A stretch of DNA of 64,000 nucleotides from Callorhinchus milii (lineage: Eukaryota): NCBI RefSeq assembly GCF_018977255.1, contig NW_024704745.1, forward strand, positions 15,252,001 through 15,316,000. Reading direction: 5' to 3'. A model generated the notes under the pieces. It had not been told where the DNA came from. It worked only from the letters and a program-made list of their open reading frames with translations, and did no database searches. Positions 25,747 through 38,583 of the stretch are shown here, piece by piece; within the stretch, counting starts at the first letter, position 1, and each line of letters opens with the position of its first letter. A program made the position numbers and the translations under genes.

Positions 25747-27236
25747 CTAAGAGCAATAAAACGACGATTCCAAATGATTTCTCCTATCTGGGAACTTTTT
25801 AAGGAAGCCTTTCAGCATTTCAGTAGCCTGCAGGTGCGATTCCGAATTGTACAAAGACAACGAAAGTAACAGCTGGTTGACAATGTTCATCAAACAATCT
25901 TCGATCTCTTTCAGATCGCCATCAAGCTGGAAGCCGTCCTTCCTGGTCGCCAAGCGAACGCAGATGTTTCTTAACTCCACGCTGAGCTACAAATCAACAA
26001 CAACAACAACAACAAGATTCCATTTATAAAGCGCCTTTCACGTCAGGAGGACGTCCCAAGGCGCTGCACAGTTGGGTCATGACCCGAGCAGGGGGGAAAT
26101 GGTCAGGGTGAGGGGAGGGAAGGGAGGGAGCGAGGAGGGGGAAATGGTCAGGGTGAGGGAGGGGAGGGAGGGAGCGAGGAGGGGGGAAATGGTCAGGGTG
26201 AGGGGAGGGAAGGGAGGGAGCGAGGAGGGGGAAGAGAGTCGAGAGGGGAGCTGAAGGCTCGGTCAAAGAGAAAGGTTTTGAGACCGGCCTTGAAGGAGGA
26301 AAGGGAGGAAGCAAGGCGAAGGCACTGGGGGATGGAGTTCCAGAGCCTGGGGGCTGAGAGGCTGAAGGCCCAACCACCGATGGTAGGGCGGTTGGGGCGG
26401 GGGACGTGGAGCAGACCGGAGCCAGAGGAACGGAGGGTACGGGCAGGTAGGTAGGGGGATAGTAGGTCGGAGAGATAGGAGGGAGCAAGGCCGTGAATGG
26501 CCTTGTAATAAACAATAAACAATTAAACAAGAAGATATATTAGCAAAATGCAAATATTGGATTTGCCAATTTTTGCCAATTCACCACACACACATTGAAA
26601 AAAATCAAATGCACAGCGCAAGCTGATTTATGTGTCTCTATCTGACATTGGCGGTTAGGTTTTTCTTGATTATTAATATTGGCAGTGAGATATTTACCAA
26701 AGCTGTACACTCAAACGGTGACACAGGTGAGCGAAGAGGTTTGCACTCCCTCGTTTTAAACAGCAAAGAGTTGCCATTATTTCTTCGCGCATCTGCTTTA
26801 AGGATGAGCGCGACAATAAAGTGGGTGTACACGTCGATGGGAAGTAGAAGTTTTCAGGACCTGCGTGTCACCCCCCACCCCCTCTCCCCCTCCCCCCCTC
26901 CCTCCCTCTCCTTTACCCACAAGATGCCACTCTCACCTTTAATTCCACAGGGAAGAAGTGTGGCTCCGGCAAAGGGCACAGTCCGCGCTGCTCCACGGCG
27001 GTCAGTTCGGAAGTCAGGTCCACGAAGCGGCTCAGTTTGCTCTCTCTGGCCATGTGGGCAATGGTCCGCCGGCTGTGCGGAGGACCCGGCGGGTGGCGGG
27101 TGGCCGGGCAGGGCTGGTCCGGGCAGGGCTGGTCCGGACCAATGCATCGCTCGCTCTCCAGCCTCTGCCGCAGGGTCTTCAGAGCCACCCACTGGTGGTC
27201 GATGCACGTCTGCAAAGCGGCTGCTGGTCTGTGCAT
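25747..27236 (-). CDS. DLEU7: DLEU7 homologue copy 1: exon 1 27236-26937, exon 2 25986-25747, 179 aa
   Basis: MHRPAAALQTCIDHQWVALKTL..IAHMARESKLSRFVDLTSELTAVEQ..FPVELK|LSVELRNICVRLA..FQLDGDLKEIEDCLMNIVNQLLLSL..FPD parallels recalled human [56 protein letters not shown]; phase-0 AAG|gtgag and ttgtag| sites. Confidence 0.88.
25996..26507 (-). mobile_element. 5'-truncated L2 insertion in the DLEU7 intron (also about 30674-31186, 33274-33789, 35878-36375, 43442-43957, 63971 onward; partial at 45803-45918)
   Basis: YKAIHGLAPSYLSDLL..APRLWNSIP..FKAGLKTFLFDRAF* plus (gtt)n tail; empty site visible in copies 2, 7, 8 and 9. Confidence 0.9.
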
Positions 27237-28348
27237 CGTCGAAGCAGCGGCAAAGATTCACTGCTGAGGGATGGGGTGGGATGGTGGGGGCATGTGGGTG
27301 GGGTGGGGGTGGTCGCTGCAAACTGCACTCCTCAATGAGTGTCTCCCCCCCCCCCCACCGCCACCCCCTTGTTTTTGGTACCCCAGATCAGCTAAAAGTT
27401 TCTGCTCTCATCAGCCCCCTCACCAATAGCTTTCTGCCGCGTGTACACCCAAAGCGATAACACTTTTATCACTGGAAGAAGACTTTGCATATATGGAGAG
27501 CATTTTTTTTTTTGGGGGGGTGGGATGGAGTTGTCACTCTGGGGGGGGCAGTAAAGCTATGCCTTACTTTTCCAGATATGCAGGGTCTTGGGTATTCTTT
27601 AAAATATTCTAGGTTTGAGTGATCACATTGTTAGTGTCATTTCTGAGCAATATACAAGTGTGCTGATATCTCTCCATCTAAAGTGAACAGTAGCATATCT
27701 AAGATTGACTGTTCCCAGCAGATTTTACTCAGTCCAAAGCATATCTAATAAAAACAAGTTGCACAATTATATTTCCTCACACACACAATGTCAAATTATT
27801 TATTTTGTGTTTGCATGACATTAATTTCAGCTGAACTAGCATAGAAAAAAGGATACTTTATGAATGCCTGCAGAATTAAATTAATACAAAATCTTACCCT
27901 TTTTTCAATGCGTGTGTGGTGAATTGGCAAAAGATGCATAAACAGTGCAATGACTTGTAAGAAGTACAGTATAAGTAACACTAAGGTGATAAGCATTTCT
28001 TAAGAATTTGAAAGTGATGCATAATCCATTGGGAACAGCTCCAGCATGTCACCAAAGGTACATGTGATGATGTCCTTACATTGATGGCCTCCTTGTTCAG
28101 ATTGTTTGAACCGCAGGATCTCTCAGACTTTCCAACTAACAGCAACTTGCATTTATATAGCATCCATCACTCAGGGCAGTAACTCGGAGCATCTAAAAGT
28201 GGCGGAACCCAAACTGGGGGGAGAGAGGAGGTGACCGTAAGCACAGTCGAAGAGGAAGCGATCTAAAGAAAGGGGAAGGAGGGGGCAGGTGGGGGATTGG
28301 GGAGAGAGAGTTCCAAAGCTTTGGGGGCAAATAACACATTATCTTACA

Positions 28349-29302
28349 CTAAGAGCAATAAAACGATGATTCCAAATGATTTCTCCTATCTGGGAACTTT
28401 TTAAGGAAGCCTTTCAGCATTTCAGTAGCCTGCAGGTGCGATTCCGAATTGTACAAAGACAACGAAAGTAACAGCTGGTTGACAATGTTCATCAAACAAT
28501 CTTCGATCTCTTTCAGATCGCCATCAAGTTGGAAGCCGTCCTTCCTGGTCGCCAAGCGAACGCAGATGTTTCTTAACTCCACGCTGAGCTACAAATCAAA
28601 TAAACAAGAAGATCTATTAGCAAAATGCAAATATTGGATTTGCCAATTTTTGCCAATTCACCACACACACATTGAAAAAAATCAAATGCACAGCGCGAGC
28701 TGATTTATGTGTCTCGATCTGACATTGGCGGTCAGGTTTTTCTTGATTATTAATATTGGCAGTGAGATATTTACCAAAGCTGTACACTCAAACGGTGACA
28801 CAGGTGAGCGAAGAGGTTTGCACTCCCTCGTTTTAAACAGCAAAGAGTTGCCATTATTTCTTCGCGCATCTGCTTTAAGGATGAGCGCGACAATAAAGTG
28901 GGTGTACACGTCGATGGGAAGTAGAAGTTTTCAGGACCTGTGTGTCACCCCCCACCCCCTCTCCCTCCCTCCCTCCCCTTACCCACAAGATGCCCCTCTC
29001 ACCTTTAGTTCAACAGGGAAGAAGTGTGGCTCCGGCAAAGGGCACAGTCCGCGCTGCTCCACGGCGGTCAGTTCGGAAGTCAGGTCCACGAAGCGGCTCA
29101 GTTTGCTCTCTCTGGCCATGTGGGCAATGGTCCGCCGGCTGTGCGGAGGACCCGGCGGGTGGCGGGTGGCCGGGCTGGGCTGGTCCGGGCAGGGCTGGTC
29201 CGGACCAATGCATCGCTCGCTCTCCAGCCTCTGCCGCAGGGTCTTCAGAGCCGCCCACTGGTGGTCGATGCACGTCTGCAAAGCGGCTGCTGGTCTGTGC
29301 AT
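28349..29302 (-). CDS. DLEU7: DLEU7 homologue copy 2: exons 29302-29003, 28588-28349; 414-nt intron without L2
   Basis: Near-identical to copy 1, open frame, splice sites intact. Confidence 0.88.
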
Positions 29303-30424
29303 CGTCGAAGCAGCGGCAAAGATTCACTGCTGAGGGATGGGGTGGGATGGTGGGGGGTGGGGGGGGGGTGGGGGTGGGTGTGGATCGCTGCAAACTGCAC
29401 TCCTCAATGAGTGTCTCCCCCCCCACCCCCCCACCGCCACCCCCTTGTTTTTGGTACCCCAGATCAGCTAAAAGTTTCTGCTCTCAACAGCCCCCTCACC
29501 AATAGCTTTCTGCCGCGTGTACACCCAAAGCGATAACACTTTTATCACTGGAAGAAGACTTTGCATATATGGAGAGCATTTTTTTTTTTGGGGGGGTGGG
29601 ATGGAGTTGTCACTCTGGGGGGGCAGTAAAGCTATGCCTTACTTTTCCAGATATGCAGGGTCTTGGGTATTCTTTAAAATATTCTAGGTTTGAGTGATCA
29701 CATTGTTAGTGTCATTTCTGAGCAATATACAAGTGTGCTGATATCTCTCCATCTAAAGTGAACAGTAGCATATCTAAGATTGACTGTTCCCAGCAGATTT
29801 TACTCAGTCCAAAGCATATCTAATAAAAACAAGTTGCACAATTATATTTCCTCACACACACAATGTCAAATTATTTATTTTGTGTTTGCATGACATTAAT
29901 TTCAGCTGAACTAGCATAGAAAAAAGGATACTTTATGAATGCCTGCAGAATTAAATTAATACAAAATCTTACCCTTTTTTCAATGCGTGTGTGGTGAATT
30001 GGCAAAAGATGCATAAACAGTGCAATGACTTGTAAGAAGTACAGTATAAGTAACACTAAGGTGATAAGCATTTCTTAAGAATTTGAAAGTGATGCATAAT
30101 CCATTGGGAACAGCTCCAGCATGTCACCAAAGGTACATGTGATGATGTCCTTACATTGATGGCCTCCTTGTTCAGATTGTTTGAACCTCAGGATCTCTCA
30201 GACTTTCCAACTAACAGCAACTTGCATTTATATAGCATCCATCACTCAGGGCAGTAACTCGGAGCATCTAAAAGTGGCGGAACCCAAACTGGGGGGAGAG
30301 AGGAGGTGACCGTAAGCACAGTCGAAGAGGAAGCGATCTAAAGAAAGGGGAAGGAGGGGGCAGGTGGGGGGATTGGGGAGAGAGAGTTCCAAAGCTTTGG
30401 GGGCAAATAACACATTATCTTACA

Positions 30425-31910
30425 CTAAGAGCAATAAAACGATGATTCCAAATGATTTCTCCTATCTGGGAACTTTTTAAGGAAGCCTTTCAGCATTTCA
30501 GTAGCCTGCAGGTGCGATTCCGAATTGTACAAAGACAACGAAAGTAACAGCTGGTTGACAATGTTCATCAAACAATCTTCGATCTCTTTCAGATCGCCAT
30601 CAAGCTGGAAGCCGTCCTTCCTGGTCGCCAAGCGAACGCAGATGTTTCTTAACTCCACGCTGAGCTACAAATCAACAACAACAACAACAACAAGATTCCA
30701 TTTATAAAGCGCCTTTCACGTCAGGAGGACGTCCCAAGGCGCTGCACAGTTGGGTCATGACCCGAGCAGGGGGGAAATGGTCAGGGTGAGGGGAGGGAAG
30801 GGAGGGAGCGAGGAGGGGGGAAATGGTCAGGGTGAGGGGAGGGGAGGGAGGGAGCGAGGAGGGGGGAAATGGTCAGGGTGAGGGGAGGGAAGGGAGGGAG
30901 CGAGGAGGGGAAGAGAGTCGAGAGGGGAGCTGAAGGCTCGGTCAAAGAGAAAGGTTTTGAGACCGGCCTTGAAGGAGGAAAGGGAGGAAGCAAGGCGAAG
31001 GCACTGGGGGATGGAGTTCCAGAGCCTGGGGGCTGAGAGGCTGAAGGCCCGACCACCGATGGTAGGGCGGTTGGGGCGGGGGACGTGGAGCAGACCGGAG
31101 CCAGAGGAACGGAGGGTACGGGCAGGTAGGTAGGGGGATAGTAGGTCGGAGAGATAGGAGGGAGCAAGGCCGTGAATGGCCTTGTAATAAACAATAAACA
31201 ATTAAACAAGAAGATATATTAGCAAAATGCAAATATTGGATTTGCCAATTTTTGCCAATTCACCACACACACATTGAAAAAAATCAAATGCACAGCGCAA
31301 GCTGATTTATGTGTCTCGATCTGACATTGGCGGTCAGGTTTTTCTTGATTATTAATATTGGCAGTGAGATATTTACCAAAGCTGTACACTCAAACGGTGA
31401 CACAGGTGAGCGAAGAGGTTTGCACTCCCTCGTTTTAAACAGCAAAGAGTTGCCATTATTTCTTCGCGCATCTGCTTTAAGGATGAGCGCGACAATAAAG
31501 TGGGTGTACACGTCGATGGGAAGTAGAAGTTTTCAGGACCTGTGTGTCACCCCCCACCCCCTCTCCCCCTCCCCCCTCCTCCCTCCCTTACCCACAAGAT
31601 GCCCTCTCACCTTTAATTCCACAGGGAAGAAGTGTGGCTCCGGCAAAGGGCACAGTCCGCGCTGCTCCACGGCGGTCAGTTCGGAAGTCAGGTCCACGAA
31701 GCGGCTCAGTTTGCTCTCTCTGGCCATGTGGGCAATGGTCCGCCGGCTGTGCGGAGGACCCGGCGGGTGGCGGGTGGCCGGGCTGGGCTGGTCCGGGCAG
31801 GGCTGGTCCGGACCAATGCATCGCTCGCTCTCCAGCCTCTGCCGCAGGGTCTTCAGAGCCGCCCACTGGTGGTCGATGCACGTCTGCAAAGCGGCTGCTG
31901 GTCTGTGCAT
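30425..31910 (-). CDS. DLEU7: DLEU7 homologue copy 3: exons 31910-31611, 30664-30425
   Basis: Open frame, splice sites intact, L2 in intron. Confidence 0.88.
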
Positions 31911-33024
31911 CGTCGAAGCAGCGGCAAAGATTCACTGCTGAGGGATGGGGTGGGATGGTGGGGGTGGGGTGGGGTGGGGGTGGGTGTGGATCGCTGCAAA
32001 CTGCACTCCTCAATGAGTGCCCCCCCCCCCACCGCCACCCCCTTGTTTTTGGTACCCCAGATCAGCTAAAAGTTTCTGCTCTCATCAGCCCCCTCACCAA
32101 TAGCTTTCTGCCGCGTGTACACCCAAAGCGATAACACTTTTATCACTGGAAGAAGACTTTGCATATATGGAGAGCATTTTTTTTTTTTGGGGGGGTGGGA
32201 TGGAGTTGTCACTCTGGGGGGGGCAGTAAAGCTATGCCTTACTTTTCCAGATATGCAGGGTCTTGGGTATTCTTTAAAATATTCTAGGTTTGAGTGATCA
32301 CATTGTTAGTGTCATTTCTGAGCAATATACAAGTGTGCTGATATCTCTCCATCTAAAGTGAACAGTAGCATATCTAAGATTGACTGTTCCCAGCAGATTT
32401 TACTCAGTCCAAAGCATATCTAATAAAAACAAGTTGCACAATTATATTTCCTCACACACACAATGTCAAATTATTTATTTTGTGTTTGCATGACATTAAT
32501 TTCAGCTGAACTAGCATAGAAAAAAGGATACTTTATGAATGCCTGCAGAATTAAATTAATACAAAATCTTACCCTTTTTTCAATGCGTGTGTGGTGAATT
32601 GGCAAAAGATGCATAAACAGTGCAATGACTTGTAAGAAGTACAGTATAAGTAACACTAAGGTGATAAGCATTTCTTAAGAATTTGAAAGTGATGCATAAT
32701 CCATTGGGAACAGCTCCAGCATGTCACCAAAGGTACATGTGATGATGTCCTTACATTGATGGCCTCCTTGTTCAGATTGTTTGAACCGCAGGATCTCTCA
32801 GACTTTCCAACTAACAGCAACTTGCATTTATATAGCATCCATCACTCAGGGCAGTAACTCGGAGCATCTAAAAGTGGCGGAACCCAAACTGGGGGGAGAG
32901 AGGAGGTGACCGTAAGCACAGTCGAAGAGGAAGCGATCTAAAGAAAGGGGAAGGAGGGGGCAGGTGGGGGGATTGGGGAGAGAGAGTTCCAAAGCTTTGG
33001 GGGCAAATAACACATTATCTTACA

Positions 33025-34509
33025 CTAAGAGCAATAAAACGATGATTCCAAATGATTTCTCCTATCTGGGAACTTTTTAAGGAAGCCTTTCAGCATTTCA
33101 GGAGCCTGCAGGTGCGATTCCGAATTGTACAAAGACAACGAAAGTAACAGCTGGTTGACAATGTTCATCAAACAATCTTCGATCTCTTTCAGATCGCCAT
33201 CAAGCTGGAAGCCGTCCTTCCTGGTCGCCAAGCGAACGCAGATGTTTCTTAACTCCACGCTGAGCTACAAATCAACAACAACAACAACAACAACAAGATT
33301 CCATTTATAAAGCGCCTTTCACGTCAGGAGGACGTCCCAAGGCGCTGCACAGTTGGGTCATGACCCGAGCAGGGGGGAAATGGTCAGGGTGAGGGGAGGG
33401 AAGGGAGGGAGCGAGGAGGGGGGAAATGGTCAGGGTGAGGGGAGGGAGGGAGGGAGCGAGGAGGGGGGAAATGGTCAGGGTGAGGGGAGGGAAGGGAGGG
33501 AGCGAGGAGGGGGAAGAGAGTCGAGAGGGGAGCTGAAGGCTCGGTCAAAGAGAAAGGTTTTGAGACCGGCCTTGAAGGAGGAAAGGGAGGAAGCAAGGCG
33601 AAGGCACTGGGGGATGGAGTTCCAGAGCCTGGGGGCTGAGAGGCTGAAGGCCCGACCACCGATGGTAGGGCGGTTGGGGCGGGGGACGTGGAGCAGACCG
33701 GAGCCAGAGGAACGGAGGGTACGGGCAGGTAGGTAGGGGGATAGTAGGTCGGAGAGATAGGAGGGAGCAAGGCCGTGAATGGCCTTGTAATAAACAATAA
33801 ACAAATAAACAAGAAGATATATTAGCAAAATGCAAATATTGGATTTGCCAATTTTTGCCAATTCACCACACACACATTGAAAAAANTCAAATGCACAGCG
33901 CAAGCTGATTTATGTGTCTCGATCTGACATTGGCGGTCAGGTTTTTCTTGATTATTAATATTGGCAGTGAGATATTTACCAAAGCTGTACACTCAAACGG
34001 TGACACAGGTGAGCGAAGAGGTTTGCACTCCCTCGTTTTAAACAGCAAAGAGTTGCCATTATTTCTTCGCGCATCTGCTTTAAGGATGAGCGCGACAATA
34101 AAGTGGGTGTACACGTCGATGGGAAGTAGAAGTTTTCAGGACCTGTGTGTCACCCCCCATCCCCTCTCCCCCTCTCCCCTTCCCCTTACCCACAAGATGC
34201 CCCTCTCACCTTTAATTCCACAGGGAAGAAGTGTGGCTCCGGCAAAGGGCACAGTCCGCGCTGCTCCACGGCGGTCAGTTCGGAAGTCAGGTCCACGAAG
34301 CGGCTCAGTTTGCTCTCTCTGGCCATGTGGGCAATGGTCCGCCGGCTGTGCGGAGGACCCGGCGGGTGGCGGGTGGCCGGGCTGGGCTGGTCCGGGCAGG
34401 GCTGGTCCGGACCAATGCATCGCTCGCTCTCCAGCCTCTGCCGCAGGGTCTTCAGAGCCGCCCACTGGTGGTCGATGCACGTCTGCAAAGCGGCTGCTGG
34501 TCTGTGCAT
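33025..34509 (-). CDS. DLEU7: DLEU7 homologue copy 4: exons 34509-34210, 33264-33025 (QAT>QAP)
   Basis: Open frame, splice sites intact, L2 in intron. Confidence 0.88.
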
Positions 34510-35628
34510 CGTCGAAGCAGCGGCAAAGATTCACTGCTGAGGGATGGGGTGGGATGGTGGGGGGTGGGGGTGGGGTGGGGGTGGGTGTGGATCGCTGCAA
34601 ACTGCACTCCTCAATGAGTGTCTCCCCCCACCCCCCACCGCCACCCCCTTGTTTTTGGTACCCCAGATCAGCTAAAAGTTTCTGCTCTCATCAGCCCCCT
34701 CACCAATAGCTTTCTGCCGCGTGTACACCCAAAGCGATAACACTTTTATCACTGGAAGAAGACTTTGCATATATGGAGAGCATTTTTTTTTTTGGGGGGG
34801 TGGGATGGAGTTGTCACTCTGGGGGGGGCAGTAAAGCTATGCCTTACTTTTCCAGATATGCAGGGTCTTGGGTATTCTTTAAAATATTCTAGGTTTGAGT
34901 GATCACATTGTTAGTGTCATTTCTGAGCAATATACAAGTGTGCTGATATCTCTCCATCTAAAGTGAACAGTAGCATATCTAAGATTGACTGTTCCCAGCA
35001 GATTTTACTCAGTCCAAAGCATATCTAATAAAAACAAGTTGCACAATTATATTTCCTCACACACACAATGTCAAATTATTTATTTTGTGTTTGCATGACA
35101 TTAATTTCAGCTGAACTAGCATAGAAAAAAGGATACTTTATGAATGCCTGCAGAATTAAATTAATACAAAATCTTACCCTTTTTTCAATGTGTGTGTGGT
35201 GAATTGGCAAAAGTTGCATAAACAGTGCAATGACTTGTAAGAAGTACAGTATAAGTAACACTAAGGTGATAAGCATTTCTTAAGAATTTGAAAGTGATGC
35301 ATAATTCATTGGGAACAGCTCCAGCATGTCACCAAAGGTACATGTGATGATGTCCTTACATTGATGGCCTCCTTGTTCAGATTGTTTGAACCTCAGGATC
35401 TCTCAGACTTTCCAACTAACAGCAACTTGCATTTATATAGCATCCATCACTCAGGGCAGTAACTCGGAGCATCTAAAAGTGGCGGAACCCAAACTGGGGG
35501 GAGAGAGGAGGTGACCGTAAGCACAGTCGAAGAGGAAGCGATCTAAAGAAAGGGGAAGGAGGGGGCAGGTGGGGGATTGGGGAGAGAGAGTTCCAAAGCT
35601 TTGGGGGCAAATAACACATTATCTTACA

Positions 35629-37109
35629 CTAAGAGCAATAAAACGACGATTCCAAATGATTTCTCCTATCTGGGAACTTTTTAAGGAAGCCTTTCAGCAT
35701 TTCAGTAGCCTGCAGGTGCGATTCCGAATTGTACAAAGACAACGAAAGTAACAGCTGGTTGACAATGTTCATCAAACAATCTTCGATCTCTTTCAGATCG
35801 CCATCAAGTTGGAAGCCGTCCTTCCTGGTCGCCAAGCGAACGCAGATGTTTCTTAACTCCACGCTGAGCTACAAATCAACAACAACAACAACAACAAGAT
35901 TCCATTTATAAAGCGCCTTTCACGTCAGGAGGACGTCCCAAGGCGCTGCACAGTTGGGTCATGACCCGAGCAGGGGGGAAATGGTCAGGGTGAGGGGAGG
36001 GAAGGGAGGGAGCGAGGAGGGGGGAAATGGTCAGGGTGAGGGGAGGGGAGGGAGGGAGCGAGGAGGGGGGAAATGGTCAGGGTGAGGGGGGAAGGGAGGG
36101 AGCGAGGAGGGGGAAGAGAGTCGAGAGGGGAGCTGAAGGCTCGGTCAAAGAGAAAGGTTTTGAGACCGGCCTTGAAGGAGGAGGCGAAGGCACTGGGGGA
36201 TGGAGTTCCAGAGCCTGGGGGCTGAGAGGCTGAAGGCCCGACCACCGATGGTAGGGCGGTTGGGGCGGGGGACGTGGAGCAGACCGGAGCCAGAGGAACG
36301 GAGGGTACGGGCAGGTAGGTAGGGGGATAGTAGGTCGGAGAGATAGGAGGGAGCAAGGCCGTGAATGGCCTTGTAATAAACAATAAACAAATAAACAAGA
36401 AGATATATTAGCAAAATGCAAATATTGGATTTGCCAATTTTTGCCAATTCACCACACACACATTGAAAAAAATCAAATGCACAGCGCGAGCTGATTTATG
36501 TGTCTCGATCTGACATTGGCGGTCAGGTTTTTCTTGATTATTAATATTGGCAGTGAGATATTTACCAAAGCTGTACACTCAAACGGTGACACAGGTGAGC
36601 GAAGAGGTTTGCACTCCCTCGTTTTAAACAGCAAAGAGTTGCCATTATGTCTTCGCGCATCTGCTTTAAGGATGAGCGCGACAATAAAGTGGGTGTACAC
36701 GTCGATGGGAAGCAGAAGTTTTCAGGACCTGTCCTGTGTGTCACCCCCCACCCCCTCTCCCCCTCCCTCCCTCCCTCCCTCTCCTTTACCCACAAGATGC
36801 CCCTCTCACCTTTAATTCCACAGGGAAGAAGTGTGGCTCCGGCAAAGGGCACAGTCCGCGCTGCTCCACGGCGGTCAGTTCGGAAGTCAGGTCCACGAAG
36901 CGGCTCAGTTTGCTCTCTCTGGCCATGTGGGCAATGGTCCGCCGGCTGTGCGGAGGACCCGGCGGGTGGCGGGTGGCCGGGCTGGGCTGGTCCGGGCAGG
37001 GCTGGTCCGGACCAATGCATCGCTCGCTCTCCAGCCTCTGCCGCAGGGTCTTCAGAGCCACCCACTGGTGGTCGATGCACGTCTGCAAAGCGGCTGCTGG
37101 TCTGTGCAT
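35629..37109 (-). CDS. DLEU7: DLEU7 homologue copy 5: exons 37109-36810, 35868-35629
   Basis: Open frame, splice sites intact, L2 in intron, long 5' flank retained. Confidence 0.88.
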
Positions 37110-37904
37110 CGTCGAAGCAGCGGCAAAGATTCACTGCTGAGGGATGGGGTGGGATGGGTGGGGGTGGGGGTGGATCGCTGCAAACTGCACTCCTCAATGA
37201 GTGTCCCCCCCCCCCCGCCACCCCCTTGTTTTTGGTACCCCAGATCAGCTAAAAGTTTCTGCTCTCATCAGCCCCCTCACCAATAGCTTTCTGCCGCGTG
37301 TACACCCAAAGCGATAACACTTTTATCACTGGAAGAAGACTTTGCATATATGGAGAGCATTTTTTTTGTGGGGGGTGGGGGGTGGGGTGGGTTGGGGGGA
37401 TGAAAAGAACCAGCAAAGTTACCGACAGGGAGGTTTCCAGTTGCTAGAAGATTTCACCAGCAAATCCCAATTAGGCAGCAAAGAAAAAAAATACCCCCCC
37501 CCCCTTCTCCCCCACACCCACCCCCCACACACACATGTTCCATCAATGAGATTTGGTTACATCGAGTTTACATAGCAATACATCTATCTTGAAGCACATG
37601 GGTGTTTTGACTGAATCGCCTGAATTAGACGTTATTGCGATCACACCCAGTCTGCACCGCCTGTTTTCGTTCACGAATTGCTGGTCAATTCAAATGCAAA
37701 AATCGAGACGATGGCTTTGGCGTTGTAGTTATTCATTGCCAGGAAAGACCCTTTGAAAGAAGCGTCTGGCGCTTCAAGGGAAGCTGTCTGCAGGAGGTGA
37801 TAAACTGCTGCAGTTTGATGATCAGCAGCTGAACCGAGATACCTGGATGCAAGGATCACAACTCTCGATTTGATGTACTGCAATACACTCTGTGGCACAA
37901 ACTG

Positions 37905-38116
37905 CCACAATAATCCCTCCAAAACCCCAAACAATAATAAATCGGTCATTTTCAACCTACGATTGTCTGTGGGACATTGCTGTGCCCGCACTTGGCTGCC
38001 GCGTTCGCCCACAAATATACAGTCAATTCACTTTACAGTGTGTTCTGTGAAGCACTTTGGGATGTCCTCCCGACGTGAAAAGCGCTATATCAAATTCAAG
38101 GATTATTATTATTATT
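37905..38116 (+). mobile_element. Headless Deu-SINE in the DLEU7 5'-flank module (repeated at about 39185, 45492, 47459, 55024, 56301 and 57579)
   Basis: Central domain and tail of the SINE family, no tRNA head. Confidence 0.8.
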
Positions 38117-38210
38117 AACAGAAAAAAAATACCGTGCGTGCTAAATATTAGAGGTGCTGCATTAAGTGCCAGGCCCTTGCAGGGACCGGCCCTTGCAGGG
38201 ACCGGCCCTT

Positions 38211-38583
38211 GCTCCTCCACCCCCCGCACTGTCTCATGTGGTGTCCCTCAGGGCTCTGTCCTGGGTCCCCTCCTCTTCACCCTCTATATGCTCCCCCTCG
38301 GTGACATCATCCGCAGACATGGAGTTAACTTCCACATGTATGCGGATGACACCCAACTCTACCTTTCCTCCTCTCCTCTCAACTCCACGACCACCGATGT
38401 CCTGACAGCCTGCCTGTCCGACATCGAGTCCTGGACGAGAGACAACTTTCTTCAGCTCAACGTGCGAAAAACCGAGGCCCTCCTGATTGGCTCACGTCAG
38501 CGCCTCCGCACCTCAGGCGCTGACACCATCAGCATCCAAGGCTACACTCTCCACCTCTCAAAGCCAGTCAGGAACCTCGGCGT
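38211..38583 (+). mobile_element. L2 reverse-transcriptase core fragment
   Basis: [43 protein letters not shown]. Confidence 0.92.

Noticed and set aside
26630-27460. Plus-strand 200-276 aa ORF in each unit
   Set aside because: Antisense to DLEU7 exon 1 and intron; frame shifts between copies at homopolymer tracts
33886-33886. Single N base as evidence that the array is an assembly artefact
   Set aside because: An isolated ambiguity; copies carry distinct shared and private variants, though read-level validation is still needed
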